Shown piece by piece: positions 1 to 14,217 of a stretch of DNA of 64,000 nt. The DNA is taken from NCBI GenBank assembly GCA_012026655.1, contig JAAILG010000978.1, positions 1 to 64,000 on the forward strand. Direction: 5' to 3'. The notes under the pieces were generated by a model, which did no database searches, was not told the origin of the DNA, and saw only the letters and a list, made by a program, of their open reading frames with translations. Position 1 is the first letter of the stretch. Each line of letters opens with the position of its first letter. The position numbers were made by a program, and so were the translations under genes. Source of the stretch: Hydrolagus affinis. Lineage: Eukaryota.

Positions 1-277
1 AAGTACAAGTTCTATTCTGATTTTCTCCAGAAATAAATTTCATCTTGTACAAATTACAGATATTATAGTGTTCTTGAATAAAGATTTGATTGTATTTTAC
101 CTGTTGCAATGATCCTAAACAATTATGGATTTAAATGGGTCAGACGGTGTATAATGTGTCTTGCAAAGAACATAAATAGCCTCACCTTATTAACCCTTTG
201 TTCATTGTAGAAATAAATATAGTTTGTAAATGCAACCTTATAGTCCATAATGGTGACTAGTATAATTCTCCTTTCAG

Positions 278-371
278 ATTTCAGGAAGACCTGCGATTTT
301 CTAAAGGCGAGTCAGAAATTAATCTATATACAACAGAAAAGAAACGCAAACCACAGCAACCAATACAAAAG
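278..371 (+). CDS. BRWD3: BRWD3 internal coding exon (first in window; upstream WD40 exons lie outside)
   Basis: ctttcag|...AAG|gtaaag; FQEDLRFSKGESEINLYTTEKKRKPQQPIQK resembles BRWD3 ..KGDIEISLYTVEKKKKP..; frame continuous with downstream exons. Confidence 0.85.
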
Positions 372-856
372 GTAAAGAGTGGTTAGTGGTGGCATAAATT
401 TGTTTGCTTCAGAGTTCTGACAACTTCAATGTTCATGTGTCTCTGTCATCCTATGTTGTTTGTCTGGAGATATGAGGTTGACTGTGTTTCTAGCGTTAAA
501 TGTTGTAGATCTCTTTCTGAAGTGGTCATAACAATGTAATCCCAGTGCGATAAATTGACTGACACTTTTAAGAAAGAAATGAATTCGCAAAATCTTTCTG
601 GCCTTCTGCTTTTATTCTTAAATACTGCTGCTAAGGCACAGATCACGAGCAGTATGATTTCTAGGATTTGTATATCACAGTATTTTGAAAGGCAACAAAT
701 GTGTATGTGACATTAAGATGATCAGATAATTGGGAAATGACCAGTCAAGGTCACTGTGGTAGGGAATAGGTATATCTAGAACATAAGCAGAATATCATTT
801 ATTTATGTTGTTAGTGGGAGAAAATAATATAACCTTGAATATTGTCTCCTTTGCAG

Positions 857-994
857 ATCGATAGCCAGGATTATTTTCAACGCTCAGGGAGGCGGGCTCA
901 ACGCCGAAACCAACATTCTTACCAAACCAGGTCAACTGTAGTACGGCGTCTTCGAAGTACGCGGCGGCTGGAAGAAGCTAATAATTCTTCAGAG
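857..994 (+). CDS. BRWD3: BRWD3 exon
   Basis: ttgcag|...GAG|gtcagt; IDSQDYFQRSGRRAQRRNQHSYQTRS...NNSSE (QHxYQTRS motif). Confidence 0.88.
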
Positions 995-1433
995 GTCAGT
1001 AGAATGAAGATTTTAACATGACTGGTAGATTCTTTTATTCAATTTACATGTCTTACTGAGCATCATTCACTGCTGATTGTCTGACTATTCCTCGGGTTTG
1101 GGCTCCAGTAACGTATTTTCACAAAGGCTCTGTGAGATACCAGTCTAATTCAGCCAGTTCAGTTGAGCTATTGGGCCCACAGTGGGCTCTTTTAATTCCA
1201 CTTTTCAGATGTGAATCACTTGGCAGCTCATCTATTTTATCTAATATTGAGGAAAGAAATCTGTTTAATTACGACAATTTGAAAAGACAAGTTGCTGCCT
1301 CAAATCAACATTTATTTTTGAAACTGTCACATCATTATTGCTTTTTGATTACAAAACTAAACCTCAAAAACTGTGGGTGAAGTTTGAAAATTACAATAAC
1401 TGTAGGTGGTTGACTTATTTTTATTGCAAACAG

Positions 1434-1510
1434 GAAATTGAGACAGTAGATGGAAGCGATAGGTCCTCTGATGAGGCTGAAGAAGAGTGGCAGAGTGAAA
1501 GTACTTCAAG
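1434..1510 (+). CDS. BRWD3: BRWD3 exon
   Basis: aaacag|...AAG|gtaaat; EIETVDGSDRSSDEAEEEWQSESTS. Confidence 0.9.
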
Positions 1511-1887
1511 GTAAATGTAACTTTACTAAAAATAATCCTGAAATGTAACCATTTAGTTGCATTTTATTTGTCATTTTTATTTACACAAAGCCTAACTGAC
1601 CCACAGTTTTCTGACTGAGGTGTGGATTTTGGTTTAATTATATGCTTTTTTAAGACTTTATAGAAATGCCCTACTTTGTTCTGAAATAAGATTGTTTTAA
1701 ATGTGCTTCCATCAGTATTTGATAACATTAAAATTTCAAAGTAGCTATTAAATGTAATCTGCTTCGTTCAAATAAAAACTATTTTAGTTTTGATAGTACA
1801 TTTGGTGATCCAATACAAACACTATTTGCAAGGTATTGAGTAACTAATTGCAGATTTCTGAATGTTGATAGAATGTTTTAAATTTAA

Positions 1888-2094
<207 letters not shown>

Positions 2095-2327
2095 TAAGAT
2101 ACTACTTGCATGGGTTTGGAGGAGTTCACTGGGAAGAGGTGATTATTATCTTTGTTTTTCCGTGCAATAGGATTGACAATGATTTGTCCATCTCTATTAA
2201 GCAGTTTGTATTGAATGTTTAGTAGGAGCTTAAATTTTCTGTTACGTACTGGCAATATTTAGATATATAGAAACCCATATTATTGCAAACAAAGGTAAGA
2301 TTTGATGTGCATTATGTTCATCTGTAG

Positions 2328-2486
<159 letters not shown>

Positions 2487-2931
2487 TAGAATTGAGTTCC
2501 TGTAGGAGTTTTCTCAAATACTCTTCTTCAGAATAGGCCCTTCAGAATAAATGTTTCCGTCTATGCAACCAAATTACTGTGGTGATTTGCTGAGGCAGCT
2601 GCTTATCTTTAGCAGTTTTATTTGAATCCAGAGGATTATGGGGAGTCTTTGGGTACAGTTCTATACCTACTACTATTTATTATTATTCTTGTTATTCAGT
2701 TATTATTTTGCCTCCAAATTTAGCTGAGACCTTTAGCTGCAATACTATAGTTATTATTTTATATATATTTATATTATGTATGTTTTATTTATTTATATAT
2801 ATATATATAATGTATGTTATAATTAACTGAACCATTGAGGGAAGCTAAACATTTTTAACCACAGTTCACAACAGAATGTTTTTGATCGATATGCCAATTG
2901 GTTAGAAAATTGTTTCCTTACAAAGCATTAA

Positions 2932-3141
<210 letters not shown>

Positions 3142-4179
3142 TGACTCCTTTACATCTTGTTACTCTATGTCTTAGAATAGTTGGTAAAAGGCCATTTCAA
3201 ACTACATATTTTATTTTCAACTTCACCAGTTGTAACCAATGACATTAATAGGAATGTTGGTAATGGGTAGAATTCTGTTTTAGAGCTTTAATACGAAACC
3301 ATGGATGGCTAACAAAATTGTAATGCAAGTGCATAATATTGAGAATTATGTGTTAGTTTGCTTGATTTTAGAAGTTCAGAGTTGGGTAGAAGTGTTATTT
3401 TTCATGCTAAGAAAAGTATGTTTTGCAGAAAAATGCCACTCACAGTTTGTGCCAAACCAATCCTTGACCCAGTTTCATGAAAAGAATGCAATTAAACTTT
3501 AAGATGCAAAGCATTAAGGTGTTTTGGGTGAAAGTGTGGCTTTTTGATTTAATTATTAAATTAATGTGCACATACAAATTGAAATAGAGCTATTCATATG
3601 TTCCAGATACCATTGCCTACTTTGTTTCACCTACCCAATTTGTTTGTTAACAGGAATGTGGGAAATCTGTTGTGTTTAATTGATTGAATGGAACACACAT
3701 GAGTTTTGATATGGGTTCACATCTTATTTTCAAATTAATAATTACTAAGTCTAACTCGTACTAAGTATTTGGGAAGTATTGATTGATTTATTGTGGTAAG
3801 TTATTTGGGGCGAGTACTACATTTAATTCCCACCAAACTGATAATTTGGCGCTCCACGCTAGTATATATCACAAAACATGCTGAGCAAGTTGCAATTATA
3901 GGAATAATGTACCAACTTTGAGGCAGCAGAAAGCAGTACATTGTGACAAATGTATATTCCAATATTATTTGGATTCACATTTCCTGGAATGTTGAACATA
4001 AATATTAGAATACAACTGAAAGCTTAAAGTAAGTGAAGTTTCAATAATATAACGACTACGTTGCAATTTCTTCCATGTTTTAGTTGAACATTAAAAACTT
4101 TGTATCTCTTTTTAATGCTGCAGTCACATTTTATATCCTCATGTCTGAATACTTTTTCGCTTTCCATTCCTAAAAATAG

Positions 4180-4305
<126 letters not shown>

Positions 4306-5023
4306 TAAGTAATTTGTTAATAGCTTCACCATTGCAGAAATATACACATTTGTCCTGATGAAGTGAAAATGCTAAACTTCAATTGTTTACTTGTAAACAG
4401 AACTTTTAGCTTTTTATTTTTTAGCAGCATACCGAACTCTTACTTTAGAAGTAAGAGTTTGTAGAATTATCATTTTATCTACGTTGGTATCCATAATTGT
4501 TTTTGAGAGAGGAGCTGGAGGGGCAAGACAGTGACTTGGTAAATGGGGAAAAGGTTTAATAACAATAATGGCTCATAAAGTAGAAAGTTCATCCATATGT
4601 TCCTGATATCAAATATAGCCATATATTGATTGGAGGTAGAAAAGGTACAAAAACAGATTGTTTCAGCACAGCAAGTATAGCATAGCCACTGAAACAGCCA
4701 CTGAAGGTTTTGTTTGGAAGTAATCACGTGAAAATCAGAATTTAAACTTGTTTTAATGGGCTAGCTAATTTTTTTTGACAATCTGAGACACATTACCATA
4801 TGTTTTTTGTTTGGTACTCTTGCAGAATTATTCATATGTTTACCACTTGTATGCAGATTCAGAACATAAAATTGTTGTTGAGACATTTAAATTGAGATCC
4901 AACTGAAATGTTAGTTTGATTTTTAATCTTTAAAACTTGTTTATATAACTGAATATATGAATGCTCAAACCTCTTAATAGTGGTGTTTGCTAATGCAAAT
5001 ACAACTGTATCTTAATATTTTAA

Positions 5024-5149
<126 letters not shown>

Positions 5150-5545
5150 TGAGATTGTATGGCTATCTGTATAAAGATCCATGCCTTGATTGGGTTATTG
5201 CTGTTGTTGCTGAATTTGCCAGCCAAAAATAGCTGAAGTGCCACATGTAGATATCATATGACCTGTCTCAAATGTGCTGGTAGCTAGAGTAATAATTTTG
5301 GTTTTTAGTAATCACAGTTTGTTCCCATTGCAGTTAATTTTCTTTTAATATTTTTAGCGGGAGAATTAGTACTTAAAATCAAAGCTTAGTTTCTAATGGG
5401 AATAATTAAAATTTATGTGTAATGTAATCTGAAACAATTGTTCATTTCGAGCTTCAAACACTTTGGACATAATCTGTCTCCCAATATCATAGTTAAAACT
5501 GCTACAAAGTGGTCAAATTGGAACACAAGGACTATAAAAAGAGCT

Positions 5546-8059
5546 AGCCTTTGAGCACCTCACCCTCTACCATCCTTCTCTTTCATTAAAAATTCTTCTG
5601 CTCTACCTCCCTCCTAAGCTCTCTGGCTCCTTCCTCCCCGATATCTCCACTCTGCTCTCCTCCTTGTCCCTCAGCTCTGAACGTCTGCTCATCATGGACG
5701 ATTTCAACTTACACCTAAACTCCCTCTGCACCACCTCCTCCGATTTCACTGCCACAACCATGATCACTCTCTTGATCTTATCATCACACACAGCCTTGAT
5801 ATTTCCGATCTCAATATCTCAGACAAGGCCATCTTGGACCACTTTCTTGTCTTCTTCTCCTCTTGCATCGCTCTCTCCTCCACCAAACACGCAACTGTAC
5901 TTTTCCGCCCATGGAAAAGTCTCTCCCCTGATACCCTCACAGAGGCCCTCACGTCTTCTGACCTCATACCTCTCTGGCCTTCCACCCACAGCGATCCTGA
6001 AGCAGCTATCCAGCTGCTCCATGATCGCCTCTACTCCATCTTCAACTCTCTTGTTCCCCCTAAAATCCAGGTCCATCTCCAAACCCTCCCCCTGATATAA
6101 CCCCCATCTCCGCTCCCTAAAAACCAAAACCTAACTGCTCGAGCGCAGGTGGCAGAAAACTGGACTCACGGTTCATCACCAACTGTGGCTCGAGCATCTC
6201 CACAGCTACTGCTGTTCTTTGTCGCACGCAAAAACGGCCTACTATTCCAATATCATCCTGGAAGCAAATAACAACCCCAAAGTCCTCTTTTCCACCACCT
6301 ACTATCTCCTCTGTGCGCCCCCTCAGGCATCTTCAATCTTCATTTCAAATGCGAAGTGTGAGGAGGTCATGGACTTCTTCTCGTCCAAAATTCAAAATAT
6401 CCGCTGGGCAGCATCATCCTCCTGCCTCTCGTTGCCCACCAACACCCACTTTCCGTCCCCCTCACCCTCCCTGTCATCAGCTCCTACCATGACCCCCTTC
6501 CTACACTCCTTCTCCCCCATCTCTCCTTCCTCCCTCTCATGCATCATCACTTCAATGAAGCTCACCATCTGCAGCCTCGACCCCCTGCACACCAACCCAC
6601 TGCTCACCCAGCTCCCCCTCCTCTGCCAGTGCTGGCTGACATCATCAACCAGTCCCCCTCCACAGGATCAGTCCCTGCCCCCCTCAAAACTGCTGCCATC
6701 ACCGCCCCCCCTCCTTAAAAAAAAACCTTCCCTTGATCCCTCAAACCCTAGCCACTACCGCCCTATCTCTAACCTGCCCTTCCTTTGCAAATCAACTCCG
6801 TGCCCACCTCTCCTCCCACTCCCTCTTCGAACCCCTCCACTCTGGTTTCCACCCTGCCCAAAGACTGCGCTTTTGAAAGTCACAAACGACGTCCTCTCTA
6901 TCTGTGACCAGGGCTCCCGCTGTCTCCTTATCCTCCTGGACGTGTCCGCTGCGTTCGACACAGTCGACCACACCATCCTCCTCCACCGCCTGTCCTCTTG
7001 TCATCCACCTCAGTGGGACCGCACTCGCCTCGTTTGAGTCCTACCTCACAAACCTCCAGCAGTACATCTCAATAAATGTTTTTTTCTCCCGCTCTCACCC
7101 GGTTATCTGTGGGGTACCACAGGGATCCATCCTTGGGCCCCTCCTCTTCCTCATCTACACGCTCCCTCTTGGAGATGTCATCCGCAGACATGAGGCACAC
7201 TTCCACATGTATGCTGATGACACCCAACTCTACTTTTCCACTTCACTTTGCGACCCCCAGTCCCCTGATGTTCTGTCAGCCTGCCTGTCAGACATCAGGA
7301 ACTGGTTGTATGCGAAGTTTCTGCAGCTCTTTGGCTCTCTAAAACTCTCCGAACCTGTGCAGGTTCAGCCCCCAACTGTCCTTCCTCCCCCACATCCGGT
7401 CCCTCACCAACACTGCCTTCTTCCACTTCCGACGGATTGCCCGAATGCAGCAATACCTCACCCCAAAAGTTGCTGAAACCTTGGTCCATGCCTTTGTAAC
7501 CTCTCGGCTGGACTATTGCAATGCCCTCCTCGCCGGTCTCCCCTCCACCACAATCCACAAAATCCAGCTAATTCAAAACTCTGCCGCCTGCATACTTACC
7601 CGCAACAAGCTTCGCTCCCCCATTACCCCAGTCCTTGCCAGACTTCACTGGCTCCCTGTCCCTGAGAGGATCAACTTCAAGATCCTCACCCTTGTTTTCA
7701 AGTAGCTCCACTCCTCTGCACCCCGTACCTCTTGCCTACATCTCTGATCTCTCTCCCCAAACCAGCACCCGCTGCCTTCGCTCCACTGGGTCTGGCTTCC
7801 TTCATGTCCCCCGAATCCTCCGCTCCACCCTCGTCAGCCACTATCCCCCGAGGCTCTGGAACTCCCTTCCTCACTCCCTTCGCCTCGCCCCCTCTCTTCT
7901 CAATTTCAGGTCACAGCTAATGACCTTTCTCTTCGACCGCGCCTTTGGTCACCTTTCTACCCCTGCCCCTGGCTCGGTCCTGGGATCCACTACTGTGAAG
8001 CGCTCTGAGACGACATCCGGCGTGGAGGGCGCTATATAAATCGTTGTTGTTGTTGTTGT
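5546..8059 (+). mobile_element. L2-clade LINE (family A here), 5'-truncated and decayed ORF2 with 3' stem-loop and (TTG)n tail
   Basis: APE motifs (YLPPK, DDFNLH), RT motifs across shifted frames ([44 protein letters not shown]), L2 C-terminal HAFVTSRLDYCN and LHWLP; several frameshifts and stops. Confidence 0.93.
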
Positions 8060-8416
8060 ATAGTAAGGCAGTAACCAAGCTTCACACCTGCAAAATTGCT
8101 GAGCTTTCATAACAAATCTAAGCCTGATTTTTATTGTTGGTCCTTTAATATTTGTTGAACTATTTTGAATTCCTTATTGTGATCATCTCAAATGCAAGGA
8201 TTATTTTATTCTACTTTTCCTGCATGCAAATAAACCTTCACTGCTTAGTTGTGTTCCCCTCAAAATGTTTGTAAATCATATTGTGTTCACTACAGACTTG
8301 TCTTGACACAAGTTTAATTTTTAATTTTGTTTCCTTGACAAATTTATTTGTCCTAGTACAGAGTTAAGCATTCAGGTGGACTTTAGATTGCAATGATTAA
8401 GTATTCCTCAGAGTAG

Positions 8417-8560
<144 letters not shown>

Positions 8561-8809
8561 TAAGATACTGCTATTTTCTTTTGGTTATCTATAATACCAC
8601 TATTGAGAATTATTTGCTTTAAATGTTGTGAAATGGGATGCAGAGGTTCACACCGTTAGCCAAGGATTCGTTTAATTTGAGGTCTACTGAAAAAATGCGG
8701 TTTTTCTTCTCTGGGTCAAAAAGTCACTGGATTCTCCCTCTTGCTCTAGCTTCTATATGTGTTGGTTTCTGAGATAATTGATTGTGATTCAGAGCAACTG
8801 TATCAGTAT

Positions 8810-10196
8810 TAGAATCATAGTATCTCATGGCACAAAAGGAGGCCATTTGGCCCTTAGAGTCTGTGCCGGCTCTTTGAAAAGAGCAATTCAAGCCCACTCC
8901 CTAGCTCTCTCCCCAAAACCGCGCAAACCCGTCCTCCCCAAATAAATGTCTAGCTCTCTTTTAAAAGTTATTATTGAATCGGTCTCCACCACCTTTTCAG
9001 GCAATGCATTCCAGATTTGAACAACTCACTGAGTGAAAAAATTTCTCCTTGCCTCCTCTTTGCTTCTTTTTGAAACTTATTTTAAATCTGTGACCACGAA
9101 TCACTGATACACTCACCAATGGAAACAGTTTTTCCCTGTTTACCCTGTTGAATCCCCTCATGATCTTAAAAACCTCTATTAGGTCTCCTCTTAACCTTCT
9201 CTGCTCCAATAAGCATAAGACCATAAGAATTAGGAGCAGGAGTAGGCCATTCGGCCCTTCGAGCCTGCCCTGCCATTCAATAAGATCATGGCTGATCTTC
9301 TGACCTAACTCTATTTACCTGCCATATCCTCAAATGCCTTTATTTTTTTTAAAAATCCATCAGTCTCAGCCTTGAAAATGTTCAGGGACTGAGCATCCAC
9401 AGCCTTCTGGGTAGTGAATTCCATAAATTCACTACCCTCTGAGTGAAGAAATGTTTCCTCAACTCCTTTCTAAAAGACTGACCCTTAATTTTAAGACTGT
9501 GACCCCTGGTTATAGATTCTCCTACCTGGGGAAACAATCCCTCAGTGTCTACTTTATCCATCCCTTTAAGAATCTTATATGTTTCAATAAGATTCCCCCC
9601 TAATTCTTCTGTACTCTATAGCCCTAGTTTATTCAACCTATCCTCATAGGTCAGTCCCCTCATCCCAGGAACTAACCTAGTGAATCTATGCTGCACCCTC
9701 TCTAAGGCAAGTATGTCCCTTTTTTAAATAAGGAGACATAACTGCACACATAAACCTAGCCTCGCTAGCCTTTTCTCATAACTGAATTCCCTCATTCCTG
9801 GTACCATCCTGGTAAATCTCCTCTGCATCCTTTCCAATGCCTTAACATCCTTCCTAAAGTGTAGTGACCAGAATTGAACACAGTAGTCTAGCTGAGGCCT
9901 AACCAAAGTTTTATAGAGGTTAGTCAGAACTTCCTGACTTTTGTACTCTATGCCCCTATTTATAAAGGCTAGTGCCCTGTATGCTTTTCTAACAGCCTTG
10001 TCTACCTGTCCTGCCGCCTTCAAAGAATCACTTACACAAAACCCAGGTCTCTCTGTTCCTTCACACCCCTTAAAATTGTATTAACTAGCCTATATTGCCT
10101 CCCCTCATTTCTCCTCCCAAAATGTATTACCTCACATTTCTCTACATTAAATTTCATCTGCCATGTGTCTGCCCATTTAACCATTCTGTCTATATC
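8810..10196 (-). mobile_element. CR1-clade LINE 3' part (outer element, split by a second CR1 at 9211-9750)
   Basis: Minus-strand ORFs LYKTLVRPQLDYCVQFWS..RKDVKALERMQRRFTRM and LEQRRLRGDLIEVFKIM; 3' tail ...CTATGATTCT. Confidence 0.92.
9211..9750 (-). mobile_element. Second CR1 family, 3' fragment nested in the outer CR1
   Basis: Starts with cataagaccataagaattaggagcaggagtaggccattcggccc (reverse of a TTCTTATG-type CR1 tail); outer element resumes colinearly at 9751. Confidence 0.88.
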
Positions 10197-10702
10197 GAAA
10201 TGGAACTCCCTATACCCAAGTCCAGGTCATAATCTCAAAAATGGGCAGGCTATATGATGTTAGGCAATTAAACGGGGCTCTGAAAGAAATATATAAATAA
10301 GAGTATCAATGTAGCTTTATTCTTGAAGAGGAAGGATGCACAGTGAACCTGTGGTGTATCAAAGATACGGTTGATCTTTGTGCCTGTACTCTATGCCAGA
10401 AGGCTCTTGTTGTGCCAGCATCTGTTTTTAAGTAGCAGTGGAGTCCCCCTTGTTTTATTTTCTAATTCAGAGAAAAGTGTGAGAAAGCATTGGGTGAAGA
10501 TTTGGAATCCACATAGTTGAAAAATGCATTGGACACATTTATAGTTTGATTTAAAATGAATATTTGCCTGCCTGGTTATAGAATGCTATTTGGAGTGCCT
10601 TCAGCCAATAGCTGCAAATTTCATTCTTTAGTGTGTTATGCTTTTGGACAGATCTCTGTATTTCTATCCTTTTTAAAGCTGAATTTGACATGTTCTTTCT
10701 AG

Positions 10703-10764
10703 CTGGGACAATACTGAGTTGGAAAAGATGAGTCCCTGGGACATGGAACCAATTCCTGATGATG
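10703..10764 (+). CDS. BRWD3: BRWD3 exon
   Basis: ttctag|...ATG|gtaaga; [20 protein letters not shown]. Confidence 0.96.
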
Positions 10765-11051
10765 GTAAGATGGCTGTAATTTTTTTTAAAAAATTATCGG
10801 TAATTTTAAACAGCTCAGTACTGAAAATAATCAATTCAAACATCTAGTATCCCTATATGTACAATAATTAAATTGTTTAAAGATTATTGTGCGACTTTAA
10901 TTAATAGAAATTTGTTCAAAGTTGATGGTCCTTCTGCCTTTTCTCATTGGGCGGACGTCCCAAAGTGCTGAACAGTCAGGGGTGACAAATGGTTGTTGAA
11001 GTTTGCTAATAAGTGCACCCTTGCTGTAGGTGGCAGTATTTCTTAACCTGA

Positions 11052-11444
<393 letters not shown>

Positions 11445-11447
11445 TAA

Positions 11448-11606
<159 letters not shown>

Positions 11607-11851
11607 TGAGCACCGTATTGCTTAAAATCTGTAGCCAATTCAGTAATAACCAGACTCCAATTTCATGCTGCCGAAACAAGGCACTCCATCTTAGTTTGAG
11701 AAGTATAATGCATAATTTTGTTCATTGTAAATGAATATTAATAAAATACACAGTGAATAAAGCTGGATATCAAATGTTTTTCTTTAAAAGCTCTTGATCA
11801 GTTAGAATTATGGTTGTTATTATTATGGTGAACTCATAAACATTGTGTTAG

Positions 11852-12019
<168 letters not shown>

Positions 12020-12114
12020 TGAATTGATCTCACTATGAAAATAATTGCAACAAACATTGAAATTCACTTTTATAATTGATACTATGGTTGTTTAACATTT
12101 TTCCCTGTTTATAG

Positions 12115-12190
12115 AGACCAAAGCTACACTGATGTTTTGGAGCTGTATGATAAAATTAAGACTGAAGAACATAGCAGTGATGAGGATGAG
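12115..12190 (+). CDS. BRWD3: BRWD3 exon
   Basis: ttatag|...GAG|gtaaca; DQSYTDVLELYDKIKTEEHSSDEDE. Confidence 0.93.
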
Positions 12191-12369
12191 GTAACATAGC
12201 AGTGATGAGATATTCCCAAGAGGTTGGATAATTAATTGCATTATATGTCAAATTATGTATCATTTTGTATTCTTTAAACCATGCTGTCAATTGAGCTGAA
12301 GAACTTGTTCTGAAAGTTTGCATGGTAGCCTGGACTAAGGCTTTAAGACCTTAATTTGAAAATCAATGT

Positions 12370-13190
12370 ATAACAGCGGCAGCAAAATTACATTTGTATA
12401 ATGCTTTCATGTTGGGAGAACATCCCAAGGCGCTGGAGAGTCAATGTTTCACACCCGAGGTGGGGTTGGGATTGGGGAGCCAGGAGACAAACGAGGGGAT
12501 TTGGGGTAACCAATTGGACCATTGAAGAGGAGAGTCTTGAGGCGGAAGTTGAAGGAGGGATTGCAAAGGTTAGGGGCAGGGTGGCTTAAGGCTCGCCCAC
12601 TAATGGTGGTCAAGGGACATGAAGCAGGCTGGAGCCTGTTGAGCGGAGGGGGCAGAAAGGTTGGTAGGGGACTAGGAGGTCGCAGAGGTAGCGAAGCAAG
12701 GCCATGGGTAGGTGAGGGTCAGGATCTTGACAGAAAACAATGGGGGGTGGATCCTGAGGGAGAGGCAATTGTGGTGGGGGTGGGGGGGGAAGGGTAATGG
12801 TGGCTGAGCGGATCTCAATTTTAAATTCAAGGAAGTCCAGCATCTCCTCTCACTTGGAGGATGGGTGAGGCATGGGAAGGTGGACGGAGGAGATGGTTTG
12901 TGGTGGAGAAGAGGAGCATGGAATTATTCTTGACGTCCAAGATTAGCTTGGAGAAAAAAGGGAACTTGGCAGAGGCAAGGGCAGAACGGTAGGTCTAAGT
13001 GTGATCCAGCCAAATCTGCTGATGGACCGTTAATTTGGATTTGGACCAGCCGATTTGGTTCAGTAGCTCGCACTTGTACCTTGAGGGATCAGAGATGGCT
13101 GGTGTACTGGGGGATTTATGGGAGTTAGAGGCAGTTTAGAAGACTAGGGAGGCAAGGGAGTCAAGGTTGAAGGAGAGGGAATGCGGAAAG
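12370..13190 (-). mobile_element. L2 LINE (family B here), internally deleted
   Basis: Reverse of the L2 3' stem-loop at 12385-12440; minus-strand KILTL-like segment near 12730 joins the EN-RT linker (MLDFLEFKIEIRSA). Confidence 0.8.
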
Positions 13191-13401
13191 AGGGAAAAAT
13201 AACTTGCATGTAAAATAGAATAAATCCATAATCTGCATTTGTTTATTAGCTAAAAATCTTATTGTTCTGAGAAAATAATTGAATGCAGAACGTGAACGCA
13301 AAACATTAACATATAGAAAATGTGTGTAAATGTTACTTGTCAACCAAGGTGCGTTTTTTAAAAATCACATGATCTTTACAAGATGAACTATTTTTAATTA
13401 G

Positions 13402-13455
13402 GAAGCTGGTGCAGATATGGATTCTGATGCTCCTGGAACTTCTTCAGATAGAATG
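13402..13455 (+). CDS. BRWD3: BRWD3 exon
   Basis: aattag|...ATG|gtgaga; EAGADMDSDAPGTSSDRM. Confidence 0.92.
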
Positions 13456-13905
13456 GTGAGAATATAAATGCTTCTTATAAAATTACTTCCAGATATTTGT
13501 CTTTTCTTTAAAAAAAAAGAATTGCAGGATAGCTGAGATATTGGATTTTTTTTTAAAAAACTTCTGAAGAGGCAAAAGCACTACAGTAATCAGACATTTG
13601 CTGATCCAGATACTAATATACCAAGTAGAGTTTGACATTGAAGTGTATAAGTATGTTTATCTACAATTGATAAATTGATATAAAAACTGAATGTTCCAGT
13701 GTATTTCTTATCTGATTATTTTCCTCTTCATTCAACGTCATGCCTCAGAATGAAGAGAATCCACATCAGAAACCTCTTCTTAGTGCTTCTCTGTCTTCAT
13801 ACCACAAGCACTTTACTGGTGTTAAAAACTGCATTGTAATTATCACAGATAAACTAGTGTTATGTATGAGTCTTTGGTTTAATTTCTTGCTTTATTTTAT
13901 CTCAG

Positions 13906-14055
13906 CATCGGCTTCCACGACAACTGAACAAGAGACCAGAAATGTGTGTTGATGTGAATGCTTGGAAAGAACAATGCAGAGAGTTTCTGAATTTCCTGAT
14001 TCAGTGTGAAGACTCTGAACCCTTTCGGCAACCAGTGGACCTCTTTGCATATCCT
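13906..14055 (+). CDS. BRWD3: BRWD3 exon (start of bromodomain 2)
   Basis: tctcag|...CCT|gtatga; [50 protein letters not shown]. Confidence 0.94.
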
Positions 14056-14146
14056 GTATGACTTTATTTGGGGAATTATTTTAGAATACAGGAGAATTGT
14101 ATTATGGTGTTTGGTAATACAGTAAATAGGTACTAGAGGCAAATTG

Positions 14147-14217
14147 AACAACAACAAAATTACACTTGTTTAGCGCCTTTCACGTCAGGAGGACGTCCCA
14201 AGGCGCTGGAACAGTGA
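14147..14217 (-). mobile_element. L2 family B 3' stem-loop tail only
   Basis: aacaacaacaaaattacacttgtttagcgcctttcacgtcaggaggacgtcccaaggcgct; similar short tails near 10930, 27640, 38095, 45675 and 59835. Confidence 0.8.

Noticed and set aside
5546-8059. Intact or domesticated reverse transcriptase
   Set aside because: ORF2 is split over several frames with stops and deletions; the same holds for the CR1 at 23225-25095
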